A stretch of DNA of 64,000 nt, from positions 235,001 through 299,000 of the IMG/VR virus record IMGVR_UViG_3300021387_000463. The stretch is one strand, 5' to 3'. Position 1 is the stretch's first letter, and every line of letters begins with the position of its first letter. Position numbers and translations under genes: made by a program. The DNA comes from a virus. Lineage: Duplodnaviria; Heunggongvirae; Uroviricota; Caudoviricetes. Shown here one piece after another: positions 48,350 through 57,453 of the stretch. The notes beneath the pieces were generated by a model. That model was not told where the DNA came from. It ran no database searches and saw only the letters and a list, made by a program, of their open reading frames with translations.

Positions 48350-48697
48350 ATGAAAGCAAATATGTTAGACTACATGTACGAGGGTTATGGCTATGATATG
48401 GATAACCAACTCCTTTACACTGATGTTGAAAAGTATAACGAGGCACTTACAAGCGGTAGCAGCATGTCTACTTATGGTATGGAGACACTTGCTCATCAAG
48501 GTATCATTACACATGACCCAGCAATTCCAACCGATAAGGACAACAAGTATATTGAGGTCGCTTCATTTATCTCAGAGAGTGGTGCTAAATATACTGACCT
48601 TAGAAAGCCTCTTTGCGGATGCTGCACTAGCGGTTCAACACAGTCAAGCCCAGTTACCAATCTTGGTGAGGGTGAGGTCATAGACAACGGTGACTAA
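48350..48697 (+). CDS. hypothetical late protein
   Basis: Start MKANMLDY after late motif at 48305. Confidence 0.7.
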   Translation: MKANMLDYMYEGYGYDMDNQLLYTDVEKYNEALTSGSSMSTYGMETLAHQGIITHDPAIPTDKDNKYIEVASFISESGAKYTDLRKPLCGCCTSGSTQSSPVTNLGEGEVIDNGD

Positions 48698-48716
48698 TTC
48701 TTAAATTAATGTTTCG

Positions 48717-50093
48717 ATGGGAAAGACTATTACATTCGGAGAGAATAGACTATTAACTTTAAAGGATAGAATAAATGAAATTATGGTTGGCACAACTAGT
48801 GTCAGCCATAATCTTGTTTCCCATAACATTAATGAAGCATCAGCAGAGGTTGATGAATTTGAACTTGGACAAGAAACGAATAATCCTCCAGTTGGAGGAA
48901 ACTATTGCCATGTTGAAGAGAATGTTGACCTTGAGGTAAATTCATCTGATATTGACCTTTCTTCATTTAAGAAGAGAAGCGAATTAGCTCCAATATGGTT
49001 GGATGGTGATACATTGGATTCTAGGGTTAGATTAAGACTATTGGATATTGCAGATGATTTTTGGGAGTTTGTTAATCTAACTTGGGTTGAACCAAGTGGA
49101 ATTATTTTAACAGGTTCAATCTGTAATTTCAATTGGTCTAAGTATTCTGACATTGACCTTCATTTGATTGTAGATTTCGATGAGATTGATGAGAAGACAG
49201 AGTTTGTGCGTGATTATCTCGATGCCAAGAAGAACGAATGGAATAATGAGCATAGTGAATTGACGATATTGGGATTCCCAGTTGAATTGTATGTTCAGAA
49301 TCTAGGAGAAATGCCTCAGAGTGGCGGTATATACGACCTTGAGGAAAATGATTGGGTTAAGAAACCAGATATGGGCAGCATAAAGCCAATTGGTCTTGAT
49401 AAGTTCTCAATCAAGGATAAGGCAGCAGAAATCATGACAATCATTGATGACATGTATAATGCTCTTAATGCTACAGATGATTCACATAAGATTGAGACAA
49501 TCGGTGATGATGCTCAGTACCTTTGGAAAAAGGTTAAGGCAATGCGCAAGGCAAGTCTTGAAAGCAATGGCGAGAGTGGAGCTGGAAATATCGTGTATAA
49601 GATTCTACGTAGAACACAATATCTTGATAAGTTGTTCAAGTTGTTCTCAACTGTTTATGATAGAAACAATTCAATATTTGAAGGAATTGGGAAATACAAG
49701 AATGCCATTACATTATTAAAAGAGGAATGGGTTGGTGATGGAAACAGTGAGCATAATCCTTATAAGAAACGCTGGGATGCTGAAAGAAAGGCATTGAAAG
49801 ACTTTGTTTCTAATTATGGTAAACTAATGCAGTCAAAGGAGAATGGTAAACTTTACAAGTGCTATTATGATAAGGTATTATCCCAATTAATTGGATATAA
49901 TTATTGTATATGCATACAATGGGATAATATTGAGATGAAACCTAAAAGTGTACTATATATAAGAGCATTGGATAAGTTCACACCGAATATTAAACAAGTC
50001 AATTTTGATACAAGGGGAAGAGATAATTTGGCCAACACAAGAGATGATTTTATTGTTACAGCACCACAACAATCTCAGTATCAATACCAATAA
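48717..50093 (+). CDS. Pol-beta-like nucleotidyltransferase with cleavable-looking N- and C-terminal segments
   Basis: IILTGSICNFNWSKYSDIDLHL...VELYVQ; DRINE, HNINE and LLKE sites. Confidence 0.8.
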   Translation: MGKTITFGENRLLTLKDRINEIMVGTTSVSHNLVSHNINEASAEVDEFELGQETNNPPVGGNYCHVEENVDLEVNSSDIDLSSFKKRSELAPIWLDGDTLDSRVRLRLLDIADDFWEFVNLTWVEPSGIILTGSICNFNWSKYSDIDLHLIVDFDEIDEKTEFVRDYLDAKKNEWNNEHSELTILGFPVELYVQNLGEMPQSGGIYDLEENDWVKKPDMGSIKPIGLDKFSIKDKAAEIMTIIDDMYNALNATDDSHKIETIGDDAQYLWKKVKAMRKASLESNGESGAGNIVYKILRRTQYLDKLFKLFSTVYDRNNSIFEGIGKYKNAITLLKEEWVGDGNSEHNPYKKRWDAERKALKDFVSNYGKLMQSKENGKLYKCYYDKVLSQLIGYNYCICIQWDNIEMKPKSVLYIRALDKFTPNIKQVNFDTRGRDNLANTRDDFIVTAPQQSQYQYQ

Positions 50094-50162
50094 TTAATAT
50101 TTTTTAATTATATGAAATATTTATATTAAAAATAAGTTTGAAAAAAATTAATATATATTAAT

Positions 50163-51803
50163 ATGGATAACAAAATGAATACAAATGAGCAGATTGCTAG
50201 AATGAAGGCTTTGATGGGATACGGTCTTCAAACTGAGAGTAAGAAAGCTCCATACAGCTCAGTAGAGAACCAGAAGACTGGTGCTGACGGTAATGTATAT
50301 GGTATTGTACGTGAGGGTACAAAGTACTACATCAAGTCTGCTCCTAACAAAAAGAATCTTGTAAAGGAAGATTTCAACTACATTGGTGGTTTCAGAAATA
50401 GAAAGGATTATCAGTATGATTCTTTCGCTGATGCACAGAAGAATTTTGACCTCAAGATGATGTCTCTTAGAGAGGCAGCTAACAGACAAGACTACAACAT
50501 TAGTTCTTGGGACTTGGAAAAAAAAGAAAATGTTGTAATCGAGGCAACTGATAAGATGAGAAGTGAAATTAATCGTTCACGTCAAATCATGGAGAATGCA
50601 ATGAAGATTGCAGAGGGCAAGAAGAAGGAATGCGCAAATGGTGTTTGTGACAATATCTCTAGCGAGGTTGAGGAGTGCGGTGACGCAACTGCTGCAAACG
50701 CTGGTTATACCGATGCATCACTTCCAAAGGAGTCTGGCATGATTGAGTCAGTTGTTAAGGAAGAGGAAGTTCTTGGTTGGAATCGTGGTAACGATGACTA
50801 TATGGATAAGTCTCATGGCACTGAGATTGGTGATAGCGCACCTTTTGACGGTCCAGAGGCTCGTAACATTGACGATGGTGACAAGAAGGTAACTAACACT
50901 GGTGAAATGAAGAATGGTACTGTTGAAGAGGGTGCTTCAATGCACGATTCAGACAATCAGAATACTCCAACTCCAGGTGTTGGTGAAGGTCCATCTGATG
51001 ATAACAACAAACCTTTCGATGGTGAAAAGGGTAAGAAGATTGACGAGGCTTTTGATGATTTCGGTGGTGAGGATGTTGACGGTGCTCCAGCTCCTGAAGA
51101 TGGTGAGGGAGAACTTGGTGATGACCTTGGTGCTGAAGGTGAAGGTGAGCCAATTGGTGACGAACTTAGCGATGAAGGTGAACCAATGGGTGATGACCTC
51201 GGTGGTGAAGGCGAAGAAGACTTTGCAAGCGATGGAGAAGGTGAAGACGTATACGAGGATGATGTTGAGTCACGTCTTAGCGCAATGGAAGAGCTTCTTT
51301 CACAAATTGCTGACAAGTTGGGTATTAGCGAGCCAAGCGTAGACGCTAGTGAGTATTCAGACGATGATATCTTCGGTGATGAAGGTGAAGATGATGATTT
51401 CGGTGATGAAGAGCCAATCGATGACGAAATGCCAATGGAAAGCAGACGTAGAAATGGTGTTCAGATTTACGAGACCAAGGCATTCAAGGCTGCAATGCGC
51501 AAGCAGAGAATGAACGAGGATGGTATGAAGCCATTTAAGGATGCAGGACGTGTTCCAAGTGGTAACATGAACAAGTTGGATGACTTCGGTAAGCACCCAG
51601 CATATCAGAAGAAGGTTATGGAACTTCCTCCAAAGGATATGAAGGAATTCCCAGATTACTATGATATGAATGACGATTCAGTTAAGAACGATACACCTTA
51701 CGGTGAGAAGATTGGTGACGGTGCTCCATTCGACATCGACCCACAAGCAATTGACAATGCAATTTCAGAGGCTTTCAATCGTTTAAAAAAAAACAGAAAG
51801 TAA
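50163..51803 (+). CDS. acidic prohead core/scaffold-like protein
   Basis: NEQIARMKALM N-terminus, long D/E/G-rich region, many x-x-E sites; lies upstream of terminase/portal. Confidence 0.6.
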   Translation: MDNKMNTNEQIARMKALMGYGLQTESKKAPYSSVENQKTGADGNVYGIVREGTKYYIKSAPNKKNLVKEDFNYIGGFRNRKDYQYDSFADAQKNFDLKMMSLREAANRQDYNISSWDLEKKENVVIEATDKMRSEINRSRQIMENAMKIAEGKKKECANGVCDNISSEVEECGDATAANAGYTDASLPKESGMIESVVKEEEVLGWNRGNDDYMDKSHGTEIGDSAPFDGPEARNIDDGDKKVTNTGEMKNGTVEEGASMHDSDNQNTPTPGVGEGPSDDNNKPFDGEKGKKIDEAFDDFGGEDVDGAPAPEDGEGELGDDLGAEGEGEPIGDELSDEGEPMGDDLGGEGEEDFASDGEGEDVYEDDVESRLSAMEELLSQIADKLGISEPSVDASEYSDDDIFGDEGEDDDFGDEEPIDDEMPMESRRRNGVQIYETKAFKAAMRKQRMNEDGMKPFKDAGRVPSGNMNKLDDFGKHPAYQKKVMELPPKDMKEFPDYYDMNDDSVKNDTPYGEKIGDGAPFDIDPQAIDNAISEAFNRLKKNRK

Positions 51804-52315
51804 ACGAAATAGCTTTTGAGGAGAGACCAACAAAATTGGAAATACCAAACAGCAACCCTCTAGGTGGTAGTGTTGATGGCATGGGTGATTTAGATAATGC
51901 TCAAATACCACCAATGGGTGCTGACAATATGGGGATGGAAAACCTAGCAGATGGTGCTCAAGGCGATATGCCTCTAGGCGAAGCTCCAATGGATACACAA
52001 CAAGCTCCAATTGGTGATGGTATGGAAGGTGAAGATTCAGAGAATGCTGAAATTAATAATGTGATTAATGGCATGAATTTGAACAATAAATTAAAGGTTC
52101 TTAACTATGCTAAGAGCATTGAAGATGATTCAAACGATATGCCTCAAGATGGTGGAATACCAATGGAATCAACCTTCAACTACAAGGGTATAATTGATGA
52201 GGTTATAAATGATGTTTTGGATGATTATGAAGGTACAAAGAGGCCTGAAGATACAATGCCAAAAGAGTATAGAAGTCAACCAATAACACCATTCCAATCT
52301 CCAAATTTTAAATAA
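51782..52315 (+). CDS. -1 frame extension of the scaffold-like protein (ORF with no ATG at its 5' end)
   Basis: -1 frame is open from the slippery T_TTA_AAA (51782) as FKKKQKVNEIAFEERPTKLEIP...; shares acidic G/D/M composition and a PMES motif. Confidence 0.65.
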   Translation, partial: FKKKQKVNEIAFEERPTKLEIPNSNPLGGSVDGMGDLDNAQIPPMGADNMGMENLADGAQGDMPLGEAPMDTQQAPIGDGMEGEDSENAEINNVINGMNLNNKLKVLNYAKSIEDDSNDMPQDGGIPMESTFNYKGIIDEVINDVLDDYEGTKRPEDTMPKEYRSQPITPFQSPNFK

Positions 52316-52319
52316 GACA

Positions 52320-52349
52320 AAAAGGGATACTTTTGAGTGTCCCTTTTTT
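52320..52349 (+). terminator. intrinsic terminator
   Basis: aaaagggatac-tttt-gagtgtccctttttt. Confidence 0.7.
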
Positions 52350-52385
52350 GTTTTGTGCAGATATTTATAAAGAAAATATGTACAT

Positions 52386-52847
52386 ATGAAAATATTCGTT
52401 AAAAAAGACAATAAACTAAAGCCACTTGGCGAAGGTAAAATCTATTCAAAGAGTCAGTTGAGGCTCAATGAAGATAAATTTTTAACTACTGGCAATGCAG
52501 ATAATTTGCGCCAAGCAATGAACCAAGCTAAAAAAGTTGGTTCAGAAAATCCTAATAGTGGTGGTTATCAAGTTCAGTTTGACCAATTAAATGGGCAAAC
52601 TGACTCTGGAGAGCATATTAACATAGATGCTTCAACAGAAATGACTGGAGACCAGCAAAGTGCATTAGAGAGGGTGTTTGATGACCCTAATATAGAGGAT
52701 GCTAAGTTAACACTTAAGACTCCACAACAGATGAAATCTGATAGCAATAATATTAATGGAATGAGTGAATCTAGAATAACTGAAATGAGGAAGAATTCAA
52801 TTCCATTTACTAAGAAAGAATTAAGCAACTTCTTAAGCTCTCTATAA
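52386..52847 (+). CDS. hypothetical late protein
   Basis: Late motif at 52361; LRLNE and GMSES sites. Confidence 0.75.
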   Translation: MKIFVKKDNKLKPLGEGKIYSKSQLRLNEDKFLTTGNADNLRQAMNQAKKVGSENPNSGGYQVQFDQLNGQTDSGEHINIDASTEMTGDQQSALERVFDDPNIEDAKLTLKTPQQMKSDSNNINGMSESRITEMRKNSIPFTKKELSNFLSSL

Positions 52848-54520
52848 TGAAGAAGATATATCTTAAAGAGGATACAATTACCAATGTTTTGAATAAGAGA
52901 CTTTTACCTCAATTCTTATTCAAAAGAGTTAAGGCGCATGAGACATCATTGGGGGACAATAGCATGTTCCCTAGTGGTGGTGACTACCCTTTTGACTATG
53001 CCGTACTAAAGGTTAGATTCGGTGAGGTGTGCGATGCAATTGAAGAATTGGGTTTGGAAAGCCTTGATGAAGATTATCTTATGAGTGAGTTAAGCAAATC
53101 TCTTAAGATTTGTAAGGAAATGGAAGCCCCTATTAGAGAAACACTTGAGAAGGTTTGTGAGAATGCTGTCAATAGATTGTTTGCAATTCCAGAGGAAATG
53201 TTGAATCTTAAATGCAAGCTCGTTGATAAGATAAAGTTCAAGAATGCAATAAGGTTGAAGCCAGAATCAGATGATAAGATTACATACACATTTAATGATG
53301 TTTCAGATATTGAATTGTTTGACAAGGCTGTAGAAAAAAGACGTTTCATTGACTCATTGATTCAAGGCGCAGCATATACCTATTCAAAGGTATTGGGATT
53401 ATATATAGAGGATATTGATAAGATTAACAGAGACCTCATACCTTTGTATATGAAGATTATTACAATTAATGACTATCTTCTTTTCACCAAGAAAGAGGAA
53501 ATGAGTGACGTTAAACCAATGCAAGGTTCATACGTTGAGGTGCATCTTGGAGGTGTTGGCGAGAGAACAACCATAAAGGCTCAAGGCATTATATTTCCAT
53601 TGTTGCTTCAAGAGACCATTAAGGGCTTGTTTGAGCTATTCTCAGCGCATGGATTGCCAGAGGATAGGGAGAAAGCCATGTTCGTGGTTAAAAAGGCTGA
53701 TTTCGTCCTTGCAGAGCCTTGGGACTTGAGATTTGGCGTTACGTTATGGAATAAGATATTTGGTAGGGTGGAAGACACCAATATGATACCATATATGTTT
53801 ACAAGCCTTATTAAACAGCCAAATGAAGAGTTCAGTGCAAGCGTGAGGGAAATCCTTTCAAATACCAATAGGGGACGTAAAATAGTTGACAAGTTGATGA
53901 AGGATGCTGAATATGATAATGGCTATCAACAGTTCACCAATAGAATAAACGCAAAGAACATTGATAAATCATTAATCAAAGATTCTTATTTCACTGGAGC
54001 TGAGACAAATGGATATGAGATTGATTCAGATGAATCAGAGGGTGATGTGATTGAAGAGGGTGAAGATGCAGACGTAATGGGACAATATGAGGCAACACCT
54101 CAGAAGCCTATTGAATATTATCAACAGTTGGTACAATCTGCAACCGTAGAGAACATTGATTTCCTTGAGGGTAATGTTAATGGTGTTACTGAGGACTTAA
54201 TTGTAACCATTAATGGCGAGATTATACCAAGACAGATGATTCTCCTTATGGCACAGAGCGTTAAGATTAGAATCAGTCCAGAGGAAAGAGTGCCAATGCT
54301 TCAGATACACATTATATTGAATGAAGGAATCCAACGTTTAGGTTTAGCACCAAAGATATATACAAAGCTTATCTATGAGTTCGGTGCAATCTATAGCGGA
54401 GAGGGAAGAAGAATAAATAAGGAACATATAGCAAAGGTTTATGCAAAACTAGCTCAAAACCCAAATATTTATGTATATCATGATGATATGTGCTATATGG
54501 CAATGCTAAGACAACAATAA
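52847..54520 (+). CDS. large late protein with C-terminal GNAT-like domain
   Basis: MKKIYLKE leader; AQGIIFPLLLQETIKGLFE core; C-terminal IHIILNEGIQRLGLAPKIY. Confidence 0.65.
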   Translation: MKKIYLKEDTITNVLNKRLLPQFLFKRVKAHETSLGDNSMFPSGGDYPFDYAVLKVRFGEVCDAIEELGLESLDEDYLMSELSKSLKICKEMEAPIRETLEKVCENAVNRLFAIPEEMLNLKCKLVDKIKFKNAIRLKPESDDKITYTFNDVSDIELFDKAVEKRRFIDSLIQGAAYTYSKVLGLYIEDIDKINRDLIPLYMKIITINDYLLFTKKEEMSDVKPMQGSYVEVHLGGVGERTTIKAQGIIFPLLLQETIKGLFELFSAHGLPEDREKAMFVVKKADFVLAEPWDLRFGVTLWNKIFGRVEDTNMIPYMFTSLIKQPNEEFSASVREILSNTNRGRKIVDKLMKDAEYDNGYQQFTNRINAKNIDKSLIKDSYFTGAETNGYEIDSDESEGDVIEEGEDADVMGQYEATPQKPIEYYQQLVQSATVENIDFLEGNVNGVTEDLIVTINGEIIPRQMILLMAQSVKIRISPEERVPMLQIHIILNEGIQRLGLAPKIYTKLIYEFGAIYSGEGRRINKEHIAKVYAKLAQNPNIYVYHDDMCYMAMLRQQ

Positions 54521-54573
54521 ATGAATCTTAAGAGACATTTATATAGAAATAAGCAAATAAATACGTATTTAAA

Positions 54574-55329
54574 ATGGATAAGAAAATCATAAGACTAACT
54601 GAATCAGACCTTCATAATATTGTGAAGGAATCAGTGAATAAAATTTTGAAAGAATATACAGGAGATTTTGGCTACAGTGATGACCCAAACTATAACAAAT
54701 TTGCACAGCAAAATAGACCTCAGCAAAAACAGACTCCACCACTTGCTAACTATCAGCCAAAGAGACTTGGTGGTAATTTGGTGTCTAATGATGGTGGGGA
54801 ATCATATATGTGGGATGATTCTCAACAAAGGCAATTTGGAAACAATGGAACTGTAGAAGAATCTGCTGTAAACGAGGTAAAGTATGATGGCGTTTCATAT
54901 CACGGAACAAACCCTTATGATTGGGTAGATGTTGCTAAAGAGAGACAATATAAGGCAAGAGGGGAAGAAGATAAAGTTTCCCAATATAATAGAGAACGTT
55001 TTAAAGCAAAAGACAATGGTGACTTTATGGGTGCAGAAAATGCATCCAATAATGCAGATACACATAGGCAACAGTGGAGGCTTCAAAATAAAAAAATGAA
55101 TAGAAACTATGATAATGCGAAACAACTTGGATGGAAAGGTGTTGATTGGGAAGGAAATGGAGATACAAGATTAGGTAAAGCACAAGAATATTACAATATG
55201 GGTCAGAACGCTCAAACGCCACAAGACAGACAACGTTATAATAAAATGGCTCAAGATACATTGGGTGACGTAGAAGGTAGAGCACAAAAGAGTCTAAATA
55301 TGCTAAGAGCCGCAAGAGGGCAAGCATAA
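54574..55329 (+). CDS. hypothetical protein with MDKKIIRLTESDLHNIVKESVNKILKE leader
   Basis: Leader nearly identical to the 15538-16389 ORF; Q/N-rich body. Confidence 0.8.
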   Translation: MDKKIIRLTESDLHNIVKESVNKILKEYTGDFGYSDDPNYNKFAQQNRPQQKQTPPLANYQPKRLGGNLVSNDGGESYMWDDSQQRQFGNNGTVEESAVNEVKYDGVSYHGTNPYDWVDVAKERQYKARGEEDKVSQYNRERFKAKDNGDFMGAENASNNADTHRQQWRLQNKKMNRNYDNAKQLGWKGVDWEGNGDTRLGKAQEYYNMGQNAQTPQDRQRYNKMAQDTLGDVEGRAQKSLNMLRAARGQA

Positions 55330-55415
55330 CAATAACGAGCAACCTAACCAACTTGGTTGCTCGTTATATTTTATCAAAAATTGGGGTCTAATTGTATATA
55401 GTTGCCAAATATAAA

Positions 55416-55444
55416 GAGCAATCAGCAATGGTTGCTCTTTTTTT
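55416..55444 (+). terminator. intrinsic terminator
   Basis: agagcaatca-gcaa-tggttgctct followed by a T tract; a second hairpin lies at 55333-55366. Confidence 0.75.
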
Positions 55445-55517
55445 GTTTGTAAATATTTATAAATGAATAACTTTTCGAAACACTGTTATATTTATTTAAA
55501 TTTAGAATGTTACAATT

Positions 55518-57395
55518 ATGATTTACGATAGGCAAGAAATGAGTCGAGACTATGCCATGTGCTATGCCGACAAATCAAGAATTACATTTATAGAAAAGTA
55601 TTTCTCTACCTTTAATGCAACTAAGGGTAAGAAAACACAATTCCACTGTTTTCCACGTCAGAGAGCATTCCTCAAGGCTCTTGCGGAGAATAGAAACGTT
55701 GTTGCGATTAAACCAAGACAGTGTGGTATCACAACATTATCAAGTGCTTGGGCTGCTGCCCAGTGTGCATTTGCATCAGCAGAGGCACCTGAGACTGTGT
55801 TGTGTATTGCCAATAAGCTTGAGCAAGCGCAAGAAATTATCATCAAGGTAAGAGATTTCCTTGAGCAAGTTCCTAGATGGTATTGGGGTAACGATTATTT
55901 CTCAGTTGACCCTAATTCAGAAAAAAACACAAAATCAATTTTTTTAAAGGATGCAAAAGGTGAGTTGAAATTGTTCAATGGCTGTAGAATCATTGCACGT
56001 GCATCTGGTCCTAATGCTTCTCGTGGTATCTCTGCTGTATCCGTATTGATTCTTGACGAGGCAGCATTCATTGAGGAAGGTGTGGCTGCATTTACCACTG
56101 CTGCTGCAACTATGGCATCTAACCCTAATTCTAAGACTGTTATGGTATCTACCCCTAACGGTAGAGACGAGCTTTACTATAACACATATAGACAAGCATT
56201 AAGCCATGAGAATAACTTCGTGGCAGTACAGTTCCGTTGGTATCAAGACCCAAGATTCAACAAGTATCTTGTTTGGAAGAAGAAGAACGAGAATACTGGA
56301 GAATGGGAGTTTGACCAAGACCCAATAATCGATAGCGAGGGAAGTGTGAAGTATGATGAGGAAAGATGGGCTAGACTTGAACATAACGGTTGGAAGCCTA
56401 CAGCACCTTGGTATGATGAAATGTGCAAGCAGTTCAACAATGACTCAATGAAGATTGCCCAAGAGCTTGATGTATCGTTCATGGGTTCTGCCGACAACGT
56501 TGTTGCCCCAGAGTTCATTGAAATGCAAGAGAAACTTAACACAAGAGAGCCACTTGATGATTTCCATGACCCATTAGTTGAGGAGACTTGGTTCTGGAAG
56601 CGTCCTCTTGAGGGACACCGTTACATTCTTGCGTGTGACCCATCAAGAGGTGTGTCTGCCGATAGAACAGCCATTGAGATTATTGATATGGATGGAAGGG
56701 ACGAGAATGGTATACCTATCATTGAACAAGTTGCGGAATATGTCGGTAAAAAATTAGGTGATGACATCGGAGCATTGTGTTATCAATATGCCACAATGTA
56801 TAATGATGCTTTCATTGTTGTGGACTGTACTGGTGGTCAAGGTGATGCTGCTATATTGGCACTTATTAATATGGGTTATAAGAACATGTACTATGAGGAC
56901 TCTAACCAGAAGACATATACGGTTCAGAGGTCAACGAAGAACTATGATGGATACACGGATAAACTTCCAGGTTTCCACTTCCAAGGAAACCGTTATCCAG
57001 TACTTGCAAACTTCGCAGGACTTGTTCGTAACAATGAGTTCAAGATTCGTTCAGCTAGGGTAATCAATGAGCTTGAGACTTGGATATTCAAGGGTGAGGC
57101 AGCTAGAATTGACCACCAAGACGGTGCTCATGACGATACTCTTACAGCATTGGCTATGGGATTATTCGTTATGCAGTACACTGTCAATAGGATACAGAAT
57201 ACTGCCAATAAGGATAAGGCCATCCTTAATGCGTATATGATGAATCGTGCAATTAGTATGAATAAGCCTAAGATGAAGAGTGGAGAAACCATTGCTCCTA
57301 AGACTGGTTTACCTTTCTATAGTTCAAAGAAACGTATTGAGAAATATGATAAAATTGGTGGAAGTTGTATGTGGCTATTTGGGGGTATTCGTTAA
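55518..57395 (+). CDS. terL: terminase large subunit (T4 gp17-like)
   Basis: PRQ...IKPRQCGITT (Walker A), LILDEAAF (Walker B), VSTPNG, ACDPSRG and HDD nuclease motifs. Confidence 0.95.
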   Translation: MIYDRQEMSRDYAMCYADKSRITFIEKYFSTFNATKGKKTQFHCFPRQRAFLKALAENRNVVAIKPRQCGITTLSSAWAAAQCAFASAEAPETVLCIANKLEQAQEIIIKVRDFLEQVPRWYWGNDYFSVDPNSEKNTKSIFLKDAKGELKLFNGCRIIARASGPNASRGISAVSVLILDEAAFIEEGVAAFTTAAATMASNPNSKTVMVSTPNGRDELYYNTYRQALSHENNFVAVQFRWYQDPRFNKYLVWKKKNENTGEWEFDQDPIIDSEGSVKYDEERWARLEHNGWKPTAPWYDEMCKQFNNDSMKIAQELDVSFMGSADNVVAPEFIEMQEKLNTREPLDDFHDPLVEETWFWKRPLEGHRYILACDPSRGVSADRTAIEIIDMDGRDENGIPIIEQVAEYVGKKLGDDIGALCYQYATMYNDAFIVVDCTGGQGDAAILALINMGYKNMYYEDSNQKTYTVQRSTKNYDGYTDKLPGFHFQGNRYPVLANFAGLVRNNEFKIRSARVINELETWIFKGEAARIDHQDGAHDDTLTALAMGLFVMQYTVNRIQNTANKDKAILNAYMMNRAISMNKPKMKSGETIAPKTGLPFYSSKKRIEKYDKIGGSCMWLFGGIR

Positions 57396-57453
57396 GTAAC
57401 AAATATTTATATTTATACTTAAAACAATTATATTTTATAATAAATGATTTAAA

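Noticed and set aside
50893-51596. Antisense and alternative-frame ORFs over the acidic scaffold-like gene (likewise over polB, clp and portal)
   Set aside because: These are by-products of biased GAT/GAA/GGT codon use and have no promoters or leaders.
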